Notes: generated by a model from the sequence alone, not told the origin. Numbered from the stretch's first letter, positions 48,619 to 59,561 are shown. The stretch: DNA of 64,000 bases from Vulcanimicrobiota bacterium (GCA_963695225.1 OY968762.1:800001-864000), one strand, 5' to 3'. Made by a program: numbers and translations.

Positions 48619-48746
48619 GACTTGGACCACCCATGGTTCCGCGTTCGCTTCACGTTCTCACCTTAGCGTATCGCATTCTGAGCGGCCGGTAAGCGCCGTT
48701 ACATGCCGCTCCAGCGGCCCTGATGTATGGTACCGAAGTGAGCGAG

Positions 48747-49661
48747 ATGAGAGGCACTGCCATCGTGTTCGACCGCTACGGCGGGCCCGACGTTTTGAGG
48801 CTTTCGGAGGTCGACGTCCCGGAGCCCGGCGCCGGTCGCGTGCGGATTCGAGTGAAGACCGCAAGCGTCAATCCTTTCGACATCAAGCTTCGCCGCGGCG
48901 ACTTGGCGCAGATGTTCCCCGTCCAGTTCCCCGCCACGCCCGGGATCGACGTCGCGGGCACCGTTGACGCCGTCGGCCCCGGTGTCGGCGGCGTAGCGGC
49001 CGGCGACGACGTCCTCGGCGTAGCCGAAACGGGATCGTACGCACAATACTCCTTCCTCGCGGCCCCGTTGAGGAAGCCTCCGGGGATGAGCTGGGAGCTG
49101 GCTGCGGCGCTGCCGACGGTGGGCGAGGCCGCCCTCCGCGCGCTCAGTCACCTGCATCTTGCCGCCGGTGAAACGGTCTTGATCCACGGGGCCGCCGGCA
49201 GCGTCGGCGCGATCGCTACGCAGCTCGCGATCGCTCGCGGCGCGATCGTGATCGGCTCGGTCGGCGAACGCGACGAGGATCGCACGCGTGCGCTCGGCGC
49301 GATCCCCGTTCGCTACGGCGAGGGGCTCGCCGAGCGGGTCCGCGCGATCGCGCCGCGTGGGGTTGATGCAGTCTTGGACACCGCCGGGCACGGCGTACTG
49401 CCTGTTTCGATCGATCTCGCCGGCGGCGCGCAACGCGTCGTGACGATCGCCGATATGGATGCCGCCAAGTATGGCGTGCGCTTCACCGGCGGAGGTCCGG
49501 GCGACAGCGTGTCGGGAGCCTTGCAAGAGGTCGTCGATCTCGCTGCAGCGGGCAAGCTTGACCTCACGATCTGGCGGAGCTATCCGCTGGCCGAGGCCGC
49601 GCGCGCGCATGCCGATCTTGAAGCCGGTGCAAATCGCGGCAAAATCATTCTTGTAGCCTGA
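48747..49661 (+). CDS. NADP-dependent oxidoreductase (MDR / quinone reductase-like)
   Basis: YGGPDVL, VNPFD, IHGAAGSVG, GKIIL. Confidence 0.9.
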   Translation: MRGTAIVFDRYGGPDVLRLSEVDVPEPGAGRVRIRVKTASVNPFDIKLRRGDLAQMFPVQFPATPGIDVAGTVDAVGPGVGGVAAGDDVLGVAETGSYAQYSFLAAPLRKPPGMSWELAAALPTVGEAALRALSHLHLAAGETVLIHGAAGSVGAIATQLAIARGAIVIGSVGERDEDRTRALGAIPVRYGEGLAERVRAIAPRGVDAVLDTAGHGVLPVSIDLAGGAQRVVTIADMDAAKYGVRFTGGGPGDSVSGALQEVVDLAAAGKLDLTIWRSYPLAEAARAHADLEAGANRGKIILVA

Positions 49662-49683
49662 TGCTGCGCTCGCGACGCTGCAC

Positions 49684-50538
49684 GTGAATCCAAGCGCATC
49701 GGCGGCGAGCCCATCGAAGTTGCATTGGGACCATTATGCGATCGAGGCGGCCGGCACGGCCATGCTCCTCTTCACCGCCGGCATCGGTACGGTAGCGCTG
49801 CAGTATCATCTCTCGCCGCTGCGGCAAACCGTCCCCGTAGCGATCGAACGCCGATTTCTGATGGGCGTGCTCATGGGTTCTGCGATCGCGGTACTCGTCT
49901 ACTCACGTTTCGGCGCGCGGTCCGGGGCACATTTCAATCCCGCCGTCACCTTCAGCTTCTTCCGGCTTGGAAAGATCCCGGGCCACGACGCCCTCGCGTA
50001 TATTATCGCTCAGTTCCTCGGCGCACTCGCGGGCGTTGCCGTGGTTGCGGCATTTCTGCGCCCAGTGCTCGGCGATTCGGACGTGCGCTGGTATGCTACC
50101 ACCCCGGGCAGCTATGGGCCGATAGCCGCGTTTGCCGCCGAATTCGCGATCTCGTTCGTATTATTCTCGACCGTCTTGCTGGTTTCAAACAGCCCGCGCT
50201 TTTCGAAATACACCGGGTTAGCCGTGGGCACATTGGTCCTGGGCTATATCACTTTCGAGGCCCCGCTCTCCGGCATGAGCATGAACCCAGCCCGTAGTGC
50301 CGCGACGGCCGCGGCCGGGTCCATCTACGAAAGTCTCTGGATCTACTTCTTAGCGCCGCTCGCCGGGATGCTGACGGCGAGCGAGGCGTACCTTCGGCTG
50401 CCGGGCAGGCGCGTGGTGCACTGCGCAAAGATCAACCACGACTCGCCCGACGCGTTCCCTTGCATATTCTACTGCGACTACGCGCAGCTTCGTAATGGCG
50501 CTTACGAAGAAGACAGCAGCGTCGTGGTACGCTCCTGA
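49684..50538 (+). CDS. Aquaporin / MIP channel
   Basis: SGAHFNPAVT and MSMNPARS; Cys/His-rich C-tail HCAKINH..CIFYC. Confidence 0.92.
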   Translation: MNPSASAASPSKLHWDHYAIEAAGTAMLLFTAGIGTVALQYHLSPLRQTVPVAIERRFLMGVLMGSAIAVLVYSRFGARSGAHFNPAVTFSFFRLGKIPGHDALAYIIAQFLGALAGVAVVAAFLRPVLGDSDVRWYATTPGSYGPIAAFAAEFAISFVLFSTVLLVSNSPRFSKYTGLAVGTLVLGYITFEAPLSGMSMNPARSAATAAAGSIYESLWIYFLAPLAGMLTASEAYLRLPGRRVVHCAKINHDSPDAFPCIFYCDYAQLRNGAYEEDSSVVVRS

Positions 50539-50574
50539 TCGACTTATGAGAAGCGTTCTGGAGGGGCAGTATCC

Positions 50575-51681
50575 GTGAAAGCTCTTGCCGTCTACAGGTC
50601 AAACGGATCGGGCATCCGCGTCGTCGACGTCGCGAAGCCTGAGCTTTCGCAGATCGAAAGCGGACGTGGAGCCCTGGTTCGCGTCTTGCGCGTCGGCGTC
50701 GATGGAACCGATAAGGAGATCCTTCAGGGCGAATACGGGTCGCCGCCGCCGGGTGAAGACTTCCTGATCTCCGGTCACGAGAGCTTCGGCGTGGTCGAAG
50801 CCGTCGGCCCCAACGTCACGGACTTGGCCGCCGGAGACTTCGTTGTCGCGACCGTCCGACGGCCGGGAACGAGCCGCTATGATGCGATCGGCACGTCCGA
50901 TATGACGACCGACGACGTCTATTTCGAGCGCGGCATCAACTTGCGTCACGGCTTTCTGGCGGAGTATTACGTCGAAGAGGAAGAGTTTCTGGTTCGCGTT
51001 CCCGGAAAGCTCAAAGAGATCGGCGTGCTGCTCGAGCCGGCGAGCGTCATTGAGAAGGGCATCGCGCAAGCGTATGAGATTCAGCGCCGGCTGCGAATCT
51101 GGCAGCCACGTTGCGCGGCGATCTTGGGAGCCGGGACGATCGGGCTGCTCGCGACCATGGCGCTGCGTCTTCGCGGCCTCGAAGTCCATACGTTTGCGCG
51201 CGAGCCGGCCCCAAACCTGAACGCGAGTCGCGTCGAAGAACTCGGTGCGCATTACCACGCGACCAAGGAAAGGCCGTTCCCGGATATCGCCGCCGGTCTG
51301 CCGCCATTCGACATCATTTTCGAAGCGACCGGCTTCGCACCCCTCGTCTTTGATGCCATGGAACAGCTCGGAAAGAACGGCGTCCTGATCCTCTCGTCGG
51401 TGACCGGCGGTTCCCGAACGTACGAGATTTGCGCCGACCGCATCAATCTCAATTTCGTCCTCGGCAACAAGGTGATGGTCGGTACCGTCAACGCTAATCG
51501 CGAGTACTTTGAGATCGGTGTGAAGGACCTGGCGACGGCCGAAGCTCGCTGGCCCGGATGGTGCGAGTCCCTCATAACCCATCGCGTCAAGGGCTTGGAG
51601 AATCACGAAGAGCTCCTCGATTTGCTTTGTCACAGCAAGCATGCAATCAAAGTCCTTTGCGAAGTCGCACCCCTGCCATGA
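50575..51681 (+). CDS. Zinc-dependent glucose 1-dehydrogenase (archaeal-type MDR)
   Basis: VGVDGTD, GHES, VATVRRP, ERGI..HGF, LLEP, GTVNA. Confidence 0.85.
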   Translation: MKALAVYRSNGSGIRVVDVAKPELSQIESGRGALVRVLRVGVDGTDKEILQGEYGSPPPGEDFLISGHESFGVVEAVGPNVTDLAAGDFVVATVRRPGTSRYDAIGTSDMTTDDVYFERGINLRHGFLAEYYVEEEEFLVRVPGKLKEIGVLLEPASVIEKGIAQAYEIQRRLRIWQPRCAAILGAGTIGLLATMALRLRGLEVHTFAREPAPNLNASRVEELGAHYHATKERPFPDIAAGLPPFDIIFEATGFAPLVFDAMEQLGKNGVLILSSVTGGSRTYEICADRINLNFVLGNKVMVGTVNANREYFEIGVKDLATAEARWPGWCESLITHRVKGLENHEELLDLLCHSKHAIKVLCEVAPLP

Positions 51682-54374
51682 CCGCTGAGGCGAAACGGCT
51701 GGCCGCCGAACGTTCCCGTGCCGCGCGTTGGTATAGGTGGGGACCATATTTGAGCGAGCGCCAGTGGGGCACGGTGCGCGAGGACTACAGCGCCGGCGGG
51801 GATGCCTGGCAATATCTGCCCCACGATCATGCCCGCTCGCGCGCATACCGCTGGGGAGAAGACGGCATCGGCGGCCTCAGCGACAATCATCAGCGCCTGT
51901 GCCTGGCAGTAGCACTCTGGAACGGCAGGGATCCGATCCTCAAAGAGCGCCTCTTCGGCCTGGCCGGTCCCGAAGGCAATCACGGCGAGGACGTCAAGGA
52001 GTGCTACTACTACCTTGACAACCTGCCGTCGCACGCCTACATGAAGATGCTCTACAAGTATCCGCAGGCGGAGTTTCCGTACGCCGACCTGGTCGACGAA
52101 AACAAGCGGCGCTCGAAAGAGGATCCCGAGTACGAACTGCTCGATACCGGCGTCCTCGGTCGCGGGTATTTTGACGTCGCCATCGAGTATGCAAAGGCGG
52201 ATCCCGAAGATATTCTCTGCCGCATGGAGGTCACGAATCGAGGATCCGAGCGCGCTGCGCTTCACGTGTTACCGACGCTGTGGTTCCGGAATACCTGGTC
52301 CTGGAATGCCGCCGGTTCCAAGCCACGCCTTCGCCTCATCTCCGCAGCCGGTGCTGCGACCGGCACGATAGCCGCCCACCACTGGGCATCTGGAGAGCGC
52401 TACTACCACTGCGAGCAGCCCCTCGAGATCGTATTCACCGAAAACGAGACCAACAACGAGCGGCTATTCGGCACGCCGAGCCCGACGCGGTATGTCAAAG
52501 ACGGGATCGATTCATATATCGTTCGCGGCGATGCCGGTGCAGTCAATCCTGAGCGCACGGGGACGAAGGCGGCCGCGCACTACCTGCTCGAGCTGGAGCC
52601 GGGGGAGTCCAAAATCGTTCGCGTGCGGCTGACGGATCGAGCCGATGCGCCCGCTCCCTTTCGCGATTTCGACGCGATCTTTGCTCGCAGGCAAGAGGAA
52701 GCCGATGAGTTCTACAGCAGCGTGCTGAGCTTCCCCATCGACGACGATCTTCGCAACGTCCAGCGCCAGGCGTTTGCCGGCATGCTGTGGAGCAAGCAGT
52801 ACTACCATTACTCCATACAAGACTGGCTCGAGGGCGACAAGGCGCAGCCGGCGCCGCCGCCGCAACGCGCGTCCGGGCGGAATCATCAGTGGGCCCAACT
52901 CTACAACGAAGACATTCTCTCCATGCCGGACGCATGGGAGTACCCGTGGTTCGCGGCCTGGGATCTGGCGTTCCATTGCATCCCGCTCGCCCTGATCGAT
53001 CCGCACTTCGCGAAGCAGCAACTGCTGCTGCTGACGCGCGAGTGGTACATGCATCCTAACGGACAGCTGCCGGCCTACGAATGGGACTTCGGCGATGTGA
53101 ATCCCCCGGTTCACGCGTGGGCGGCGCACCGCGTCTACCAAATCGACCGCAAGATGAGCGGCACCGGCGACACGCTGTTTCTTGAACGCGTGTTCCAGAA
53201 GTTGCTGCTCAACTTCACTTGGTGGGTGAATCGCAAAGACGCGTTCGGCAACAACGTCTTCGGCGGCGGATTCTTGGGCCTCGACAACATCGGCGTCTTC
53301 GATCGCAGCGCGCCCCTGCCCAACGGCGGATATCTCGACCAATCCGACGGCACCAGTTGGATGGGGTTCTACTCCCTCAGCATGCTGGGCATCGCCCTCG
53401 AGCTGGCAAAGACGAAGCCCGCCTATGAAGACATCGCCTCAAAGTTCTTCGAGCATTTTCTCTACATCAGTGCCGCTATGAACCGGATCGGCGGAGCCGA
53501 TCGCGGGCTTTGGGATCCGAACGACGGGTTCTATTACGATTACCTTCACCTTCCCGGACGCGAGCCCGTCCCGCTGCGGGTCCGTTCGATGGTCGGTCTC
53601 ATCCCCTTGCTGGCGGTCGAAGTCGTTGACGGAGCCGTGATGAAAGCGCTGCCGAACTTCGCGCGACGGGTCGAGTGGTTCATCGAAAACCGGCCGGAAC
53701 TGAGCGGCAACGTGATGTGCATGCGCCGCGAGGGAATCGCCGACCGCCGGATTCTCTCGATCGCCGGTCCCGATAAGATCTCCAAGATCCTGCAGCGGAT
53801 GCTCGACCCGAATGAGTTCCTCGGGCAGTACGGCCTGCGCGCGCTCTCCCGCATTCACGCGACGCAACCGTTCCAGATATCCATCGACGGTACGCCGCAT
53901 TCGGTGGGATACGAGCCGGCCGAATCGCGCAGCAACCTCTTCGGCGGCAATTCGAACTGGCGCGGACCGGTTTGGTTTCCACTCAACTACCTCATCATAG
54001 AGGCGCTTCAGAAGTATCACCATTACTACGGCGATGAGCTAACGTTCGAGATGCCCCCCGGTTCGGGAACCTACGCGACGCTCTGGGAGATCGCTACCGA
54101 CATATCTCATCGGCTCATGGACACGTTTGCGCGTGACGATTCCGGACACCGCCCTGTCTTCGGATCGAACGAAACGCTACAGAGCGATCCCAACTTTTCC
54201 GACTACATCCTGTTCCACGAGTATTTCGACGGTGACACGGGCGCAGGCCTCGGTGCGAGCCATCAGACCGGCTGGACCGGTCTGGTCGCGAAACTGATTC
54301 AGCAGTGCGCCGAATACTGCGGCCAAGGCAAGTCGCCGCTTACACATGAACCCGCCGCCGGAGTTGCTTCATAA
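51678..54374 (+). CDS. GH63-like glucosidase (MGH1-like glycoside hydrolase)
   Basis: [52 protein letters not shown]. Confidence 0.88.
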   Translation: MTAEAKRLAAERSRAARWYRWGPYLSERQWGTVREDYSAGGDAWQYLPHDHARSRAYRWGEDGIGGLSDNHQRLCLAVALWNGRDPILKERLFGLAGPEGNHGEDVKECYYYLDNLPSHAYMKMLYKYPQAEFPYADLVDENKRRSKEDPEYELLDTGVLGRGYFDVAIEYAKADPEDILCRMEVTNRGSERAALHVLPTLWFRNTWSWNAAGSKPRLRLISAAGAATGTIAAHHWASGERYYHCEQPLEIVFTENETNNERLFGTPSPTRYVKDGIDSYIVRGDAGAVNPERTGTKAAAHYLLELEPGESKIVRVRLTDRADAPAPFRDFDAIFARRQEEADEFYSSVLSFPIDDDLRNVQRQAFAGMLWSKQYYHYSIQDWLEGDKAQPAPPPQRASGRNHQWAQLYNEDILSMPDAWEYPWFAAWDLAFHCIPLALIDPHFAKQQLLLLTREWYMHPNGQLPAYEWDFGDVNPPVHAWAAHRVYQIDRKMSGTGDTLFLERVFQKLLLNFTWWVNRKDAFGNNVFGGGFLGLDNIGVFDRSAPLPNGGYLDQSDGTSWMGFYSLSMLGIALELAKTKPAYEDIASKFFEHFLYISAAMNRIGGADRGLWDPNDGFYYDYLHLPGREPVPLRVRSMVGLIPLLAVEVVDGAVMKALPNFARRVEWFIENRPELSGNVMCMRREGIADRRILSIAGPDKISKILQRMLDPNEFLGQYGLRALSRIHATQPFQISIDGTPHSVGYEPAESRSNLFGGNSNWRGPVWFPLNYLIIEALQKYHHYYGDELTFEMPPGSGTYATLWEIATDISHRLMDTFARDDSGHRPVFGSNETLQSDPNFSDYILFHEYFDGDTGAGLGASHQTGWTGLVAKLIQQCAEYCGQGKSPLTHEPAAGVAS

Positions 54375-55933
54375 TGCACTACGACCTGATCGTCGTCGGG
54401 ACCGGTGCCGGAGGCGGCACGCTCTTGCACGCGTTGGCTCCGTCCGGCAAGAAGATCCTCGTCCTCGAGCGGGGCGATTACCTCAAGCGTGCCAAGGAGA
54501 ACTGGAACGCACGTGCCGTCTTCACGGAGCAGGAGTATACGGCGCACGAGCAGTGGCTCGACCGCAACGGTAAGCCGTTTCGACCGGGCATCCACTACTG
54601 CGTAGGCGGCAACACCAAGTTCTATGGGGCCGCGTTGCTTCGCCTTCGCGAAGTCGACTTCAAGGAGCGGCGGCATCATGGAGGACTCTCTCCCGCCTGG
54701 CCACTGGACTACGCCGACTTCGAGGGGTACTACGCACGTGCCGAAGAGCTCTATCACGTCCACGGCCGGCGTGGAGCCGATCCGACCGAGCCGTGGGCAA
54801 GCAAGCCGTATCCCTTCGAACCCGTCTCACACGAACCACGAATCGCGGAGCTTGCCGCCGACTTCGAACGGCTAGGCCTGCATCCGTTTCCGTTGCCGCT
54901 CGCGATCATGCTCGACGAATCGAACTACGAGAAGAGCCGCTGCATTCGTTGCAGCACGTGCGACGGGTTTCCGTGCCTCGTCGATGCGAAAGCCGATGCG
55001 CATACGATCTGCGTGCGGCCGGCCGTGGAGCATTCCAACGTCACGCTCCTGACGAACGCATTCGTGCGACGTCTCGAGACGAGCGCGAGCGGCCGCGCGA
55101 TCACGGGCGTCATCGTCGAGCGCGGCGGCTCCGAGGAGACGGTCACGGCGGATATCGTCGTGCTCGCATGCGGCGCCGTCAACTCCGCGGCGCTTCTCCT
55201 TCGTTCGGCAAACGATCGGCACCCGAACGGCCTCGCCAACGGATCGGCCGTGGTTGGACGTCACTACATGGCGCACAATAACTCGGCGCTCGTCGCCGTT
55301 TCGAAGCGCGCGAACCCCACGGTCTTCCAAAAAACGCTCGGCATCAACGATTACTACGACCGCGCGGATGACTTCGAGTTCCCGCTCGGGCACTTTCAAA
55401 TGTTGGGCAAATCGGAGGCCGAAGAGTTCAAGGGCGACGCGAAGTTTGCGCCCGGCGTCGCGCTCGAACTTCTGGCGACGCACGCACTCGACTTCTGGTT
55501 GACGTCGGAGGACCTGCCCGACCCGGAGAACCGCGTGACGATCGAGCGCGACGGCTCCCTGCGGTTGAGCTACACCGAAAACAACCTCGAAGGCCACAAG
55601 CGTCTCATTGCCAAGCTGAAGGACTCGCTCGAGCGCGTCGGGTGCGAGACGCACCTTTTCCCGAACGCGCTCTATCTCGGCAAGAAGATCCCGATCGCCG
55701 GCGTCGCGCATCAAAACGGGACGATCCGCTTTGGCACCGACCCGGCGACTTCGGCTCTTGACATCTACTGCAAGGCGCACGAACTCGACAATCTCTACGT
55801 CGTAGACGGGAGCTTCTTCGTCTCGAGCGCTGCCGTCAACCCGGCGCTGACGATCATGGCGAACGCGCTTCGAGTTGCCGACCATCTGTCGCAGCGTCTA
55901 GATGTCACAGGCGCTACGCTGGCAACGGGGTAG
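54374..55933 (+). CDS. GMC-family oxidoreductase
   Basis: GTGAGGG, CIRCSTCDGFPC, AHQNGT, NLYVVDGSFF, NPALTIMANALR. Confidence 0.92.
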   Translation: MHYDLIVVGTGAGGGTLLHALAPSGKKILVLERGDYLKRAKENWNARAVFTEQEYTAHEQWLDRNGKPFRPGIHYCVGGNTKFYGAALLRLREVDFKERRHHGGLSPAWPLDYADFEGYYARAEELYHVHGRRGADPTEPWASKPYPFEPVSHEPRIAELAADFERLGLHPFPLPLAIMLDESNYEKSRCIRCSTCDGFPCLVDAKADAHTICVRPAVEHSNVTLLTNAFVRRLETSASGRAITGVIVERGGSEETVTADIVVLACGAVNSAALLLRSANDRHPNGLANGSAVVGRHYMAHNNSALVAVSKRANPTVFQKTLGINDYYDRADDFEFPLGHFQMLGKSEAEEFKGDAKFAPGVALELLATHALDFWLTSEDLPDPENRVTIERDGSLRLSYTENNLEGHKRLIAKLKDSLERVGCETHLFPNALYLGKKIPIAGVAHQNGTIRFGTDPATSALDIYCKAHELDNLYVVDGSFFVSSAAVNPALTIMANALRVADHLSQRLDVTGATLATG

Positions 55934-55939
55934 CGGACG

Positions 55940-56962
55940 TTGCTTCGCAGGCTTCGCTGTTACGTTACCTTTTCAGCCGCGTTCGCTTTAGCGATACCGG
56001 CCGGCGCGGCGCGTGCGAACGATGTTGCGCCGCTCGCAGTGGCGAGCGTTGGGTTTACCGTGTCGAACCTCGACCGTGAAGTGGCGTTCTTTACGCAAGT
56101 GCTGACTTTTCGGCTCGTCTCCGAGTCGGATCGCGCCGGGGACGGATTCGAACATCTCTGCGGTGTCTTCGGTGCGAGAGCCCGCACCGCAACGCTCGCA
56201 CTCGGCGATGAAAGCATCGAATTGACGGAGTATCTAGCACCCCGCGGTCGCCCGTTTCCGCTCGATGCAGCAGCGAACGACAAGAGCTTTCAGCATATCG
56301 CCATCGTCGTGAGCGACATGTCGCGCGCATTTGCGGCACTGCAGAAGGGTCGCATCGCCTTCGCATCGACCGGGCCGCAACGCTTGCCGGACTGGAACCC
56401 AAACGCCGGCGGGATACAAGCGTTCTATTTTCGCGATCCGGACGGGCACTTTCTCGAGATACTCGCGTTTCCGCCGGGCAAAGGTGCGCCGAAATGGCAT
56501 TCTGGTTCCGGCGAGAGGATCTTCCTCGGCATCGATCACACAGCGGTCGTCACTGCAGACACCGACCGGGATCTTGCCTTTTATCGGGACGCCCTTGGTT
56601 TTCGCGTCGCAGGCACCAGCGAAAACTATGGAGTGGAACAAGAACATCTGAACAACGTGTTCGGCGCCCGCTTGCGCATCACGACGCTACGCGCAGCGGC
56701 AGGCCCTGGCATCGAACTTCTCGAGTACGTCGCGCCGCCCGGGGGGCGGCCATTTCCGCCCGACGCTCGCGCGAACGATCTCATTCACTGGACGGTTCAT
56801 ATCGACGCCCCCGCCCTTGAGCCGGTGGAACAGACGATGCGGGCCGATCACGCTCAATTCATATCGCCCGGAATCGTCGTGCTGAGGAGCCGTTCGGGCA
56901 CGACCCGCGCCTTGAGCGTGCAAGATCCGGACGGGCATTCCCTGGAGTTCGACCAACGTTAG
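55940..56962 (+). CDS. Exported VOC / glyoxalase-family protein (two VOC domains)
   Basis: Signal peptide; QHIAIVV, RDPDGHFLE, DHTAVV, DPDGHSLE. Confidence 0.85.
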   Translation: MLRRLRCYVTFSAAFALAIPAGAARANDVAPLAVASVGFTVSNLDREVAFFTQVLTFRLVSESDRAGDGFEHLCGVFGARARTATLALGDESIELTEYLAPRGRPFPLDAAANDKSFQHIAIVVSDMSRAFAALQKGRIAFASTGPQRLPDWNPNAGGIQAFYFRDPDGHFLEILAFPPGKGAPKWHSGSGERIFLGIDHTAVVTADTDRDLAFYRDALGFRVAGTSENYGVEQEHLNNVFGARLRITTLRAAAGPGIELLEYVAPPGGRPFPPDARANDLIHWTVHIDAPALEPVEQTMRADHAQFISPGIVVLRSRSGTTRALSVQDPDGHSLEFDQR

Positions 56963-56991
56963 CTTCACACTCTCGACCGAGGAGCACCTCA

Positions 56992-58017
56992 ATGCGTACG
57001 AGCCTTCTGTTCGCGGCAAGCGTCCTTGCCGTTTCGCTCACGATGCCTGCCGCGGCAGCCGAACCGACGCTCTTGCTGCGGAGCGCACGTGCGGTCGACA
57101 CCGTACGGAACACGGTCGTGTTGCCGCTTCGTCGCGGGACGTCCGGGGGAAGAACCGTGTGGTACATCCTAACCGACGTGTCGGACGCCGCTGCAGCGAA
57201 GGCTAAGAATCTGGTGTTTGCTCCTGCGCTCGTCTCCGTCGGCGCGACACAGACGGTTACCGAAAAAGCGGGCGTTTGGGACTTCGCGGCGGCGCCCGAC
57301 TTCTCGCAGGGGCGCGTCTTTGCACCCGGCCCTGCCGGCTTTCCTCCTGCGCGGGCGGTGCCGGGTGCAACCGCACCTGCCGCCTACTCGCCGTTCGTCA
57401 AAGCCGCGGGGACGGTCTACAACGCTCCCATCGTGGCGACTGGCGAGGGGCCTTTCGACGTAACCACCCACGCGAACACCGCCGATCGGGTGCTCGCCGT
57501 CGATAAAGCGCACGGAACGGTGAAGCTGCTTCTCGCGAACGGCTTCGCCGGCGGTAAACGAGTGTTCTACATCAGCACCGAAGCTTCGGACCAAGGGGTC
57601 GCGACGATAGAACGGGCGACGTACGCCCCCGCCATCGCGAACGCTCCCCAAAGCGCGCGGCTGTCCATCCTGGTTATCGTCAACGGCCAATCGCAGGGTC
57701 TCGCATTCGCAGCTCTACACGGAAACCTCACCGAGAACGCGACCCTCGCGAACAGTGCATCGCTCAAGACTTCGAGCAACATTCTGGGAGGTCTGCCTGC
57801 GAGCGGGCCGAGCGGCGGCATTTACGATCCGCTGTGGGATGTTTCCGTCGGCGCCTGGAGCGATGCAGCCGTTGCCGCGAATCAGAATGTAACGCTCAAG
57901 AGCGCTGAAGACGTGCAAGAGGCGGTCGCTGCAAAGCTCATGACCGGCCCCGGGGGAAAGCCCTTTGGCCCGGCAGGGTTTGACGTCAATTGCCCGGTTA
58001 TCGCCGTCGATCTATAG
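56992..58017 (+). CDS. Hypothetical exported protein
   Basis: GAGGAG RBS, signal peptide, internal repeat (WYILTDVSD / FYISTEASD; YSP / YDPLW), ends VNCPVIA. Confidence 0.7.
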   Translation: MRTSLLFAASVLAVSLTMPAAAAEPTLLLRSARAVDTVRNTVVLPLRRGTSGGRTVWYILTDVSDAAAAKAKNLVFAPALVSVGATQTVTEKAGVWDFAAAPDFSQGRVFAPGPAGFPPARAVPGATAPAAYSPFVKAAGTVYNAPIVATGEGPFDVTTHANTADRVLAVDKAHGTVKLLLANGFAGGKRVFYISTEASDQGVATIERATYAPAIANAPQSARLSILVIVNGQSQGLAFAALHGNLTENATLANSASLKTSSNILGGLPASGPSGGIYDPLWDVSVGAWSDAAVAANQNVTLKSAEDVQEAVAAKLMTGPGGKPFGPAGFDVNCPVIAVDL

Positions 58018-58080
58018 CACAAGCGCGGAAAGCGCTTCTGAGGTGTTAACAGTCGCGCCCATATCTACGGCTGTCCTTCT

Positions 58081-58212
58081 TTGACGGGCACCAGCCACCG
58101 GCAGTTCACGCACCCGACTAAGCCGGGCCGGGTCACCGTATCAGGTAAAGAGTCCGGCGACCTGACGCCGAAAACGTGGGCGTCTATCCTCAAGCAGGCA
58201 GGCCTGAAATGA
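58081..58212 (+). pseudogene. hicA: 5'-truncated HicA toxin
   Basis: SHRQFTHPTKPGRVTV..DL..KT..SILKQAGLK; N-terminal helix absent; in-frame stop at 58039. Confidence 0.8.
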
Positions 58213-58418
58213 AATACCCCGTCATTTACGAGCCGACCGCGACCGGGTTCGCGGCATCCGTCCCCGATCTCCCTGGATGTGTCGCGGTCGGGGAGTCCCT
58301 CAACGAAACGCGCGCGCTCATCGCCGGAGCGATCGCCTTGCATCTGGCCGGAATGCGAGAGGACGGCACTCCGATTCCGGCGCCTTCGCTTCTCGAGCTC
58401 GTCGACGTCGCCGGATAA
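58209..58418 (+). CDS. hicB: HicB antitoxin (short form)
   Basis: YPVIYE..GFAASVPDLPGCVAVGE..AIALHLAGMREDG..IP; ATGA overlap with hicA. Confidence 0.9.
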   Translation: MKYPVIYEPTATGFAASVPDLPGCVAVGESLNETRALIAGAIALHLAGMREDGTPIPAPSLLELVDVAG

Positions 58419-58523
58419 GTCTGCCGCCCGCTTGGTAGAATCAGGGCGGGTGACAGCCTTGCGATTCAGCCTCCGACGCAAACGGGGTCGTGGCCGCACC
58501 GTACGGCCTTCCGTGGGCCGTCC

Positions 58524-59039
58524 TTAGAAGAGGGCAGATACGGGAATCGCGACGCCGAGAACCTCGAAGCTTTCGCCTTCGTGATAGTCGCGGCGCTCGG
58601 GGCCATACGATTCGACTTTGCGCTCTGGAATGTTGACGATCCAGGCCGGGATTCCAGCTGCGATGTAGAGAGGAATCTTCACGTTGCGGTCGTCGAGGTA
58701 AGTGGTATCAGCAACTTCGATCGCGGCGAGCGTGTCGATCGCTTCGGTTGTCGTTTCGTAGCGTTTGTTGCGAACGACGGCGACGTCGACTTCGGGGGCG
58801 TGGGGGCCCTTCCAGCCTGCGACGGCGATCGGGTCCTGGACCTGGATGGCGTAGATATTCCAGTCAAGGGCGCGAGCAAGATACTCGATCAGCACCCGAA
58901 CCGCGTTGACGTGGGGCGGATTGCGCGGGGACACTTCGTAGATGACTCCATCGACGAGTTCGGTTTGGCCCGGGACTCCCGAAGCCATGTATTCCTCAAC
59001 ACTGAAGCGGTGTGGCCGAGAAGCGGTAAGGGCGAGCAT
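58524..59039 (-). CDS. Uma2-family (PD-(D/E)XK) endonuclease
   Basis: HRFSVEEY, ELVDG, PEVDVAV, IEVADTT..DR..KIPLY..AGIP..WIVN; GGAGG RBS. Confidence 0.88.
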   Translation of the reverse strand: MLALTASRPHRFSVEEYMASGVPGQTELVDGVIYEVSPRNPPHVNAVRVLIEYLARALDWNIYAIQVQDPIAVAGWKGPHAPEVDVAVVRNKRYETTTEAIDTLAAIEVADTTYLDDRNVKIPLYIAAGIPAWIVNIPERKVESYGPERRDYHEGESFEVLGVAIPVSALF

Positions 59040-59137
59040 CTTGCCTCCTATTTTCGGTCCGACCAAACTCGCACCTTTGGTGGCTCCATCGTATAGACCG
59101 CTAGACCGCGGCCAGTCAGAAACGTCGAGAGCCCCGA

Positions 59138-59334
59138 ATTCCCCGCGTGATGTCCACGACCTACGCGGGCCATCTTGCTCGGCGACGAGCACTTCAAGGC
59201 GCTCCAGCAGCGCCTCGGCCATTCGTCCTCGAGCACTAATGCCGACATCTGCCTCACGCTGCCGGTCGCCGCGCAAAGCCGCTCGCGGACCGGCTCGACG
59301 CCTTCTTCGGCCGTCACGAGCCAGCCTCGAATGA
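59138..59334 (+). pseudogene. Tyrosine integrase C-terminal remnant
   Basis: Frameshifted IPRV / HDLR, then LLGDEHFKALQQRLGHSSSSTNADIC (box II, catalytic Tyr position reads Cys), then LADRLDAFF. Confidence 0.75.
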
Positions 59335-59360
59335 GGGTACGAATGAGCGAATGAGGGTAT
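59328..59360 (+). repeat. Direct repeats, putative integrase arm-type sites (left)
   Basis: CGAATGAGGGTA CGAATGAG CGAATGAGGGTAT. Confidence 0.7.
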
Positions 59361-59390
59361 TTGCGTCCAAAAACGTTGCATCGGCCAAGC

Positions 59391-59428
59391 AGAAAAAGAA
59401 CGCCCAATCCCTTATGGGACGGGCGTTT
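59391..59428 (-). terminator. Terminator downstream of the tRNA-Phe 3' fragment
   Basis: AACGCCCGTCCC-ATAA-GGGATTGGGCGTT followed by CTTTTT. Confidence 0.75.
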
Positions 59429-59436
59429 GCGGGATG

Positions 59437-59478
59437 TGCCGAGAGCCAGAATCGAACTGGCGACACCAGGTTTTTCAG
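59437..59478 (-). mobile_element. att site: 3' half of tRNA-Phe(GAA)
   Basis: CTGAAAA ACCTG GTGTC GCCAG TTCGATT CTGGC TCTCGGC A = anticodon loop to acceptor 3' strand; no D arm or 5' acceptor strand upstream. Confidence 0.85.
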
Positions 59479-59561
59479 GTCTGTTGAACGACGCACGGAT
59501 TGTTGTTTCCCTCGTGTTTTGACGCTCTCATTCGTCTCCTAAGTGCCGAGCTTCTCGCCCA

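Noticed and set aside
58524..59381. 285-aa extended Uma2 ORF
   Set aside because: The extension is antisense to the integrase remnant; the ATG at 59039 has a GGAGG RBS and gives a normal Uma2 length
45806..59430. Prophage
   Set aside because: No structural, terminase or replication genes; only an integrase remnant, TA remnant and metabolic cargo
59437..59510. Complete tRNA-Phe gene
   Set aside because: No D arm or 5' acceptor strand, and the 5' anticodon stem (CAGAC) does not fully pair with ACCTG; treated as an att fragment
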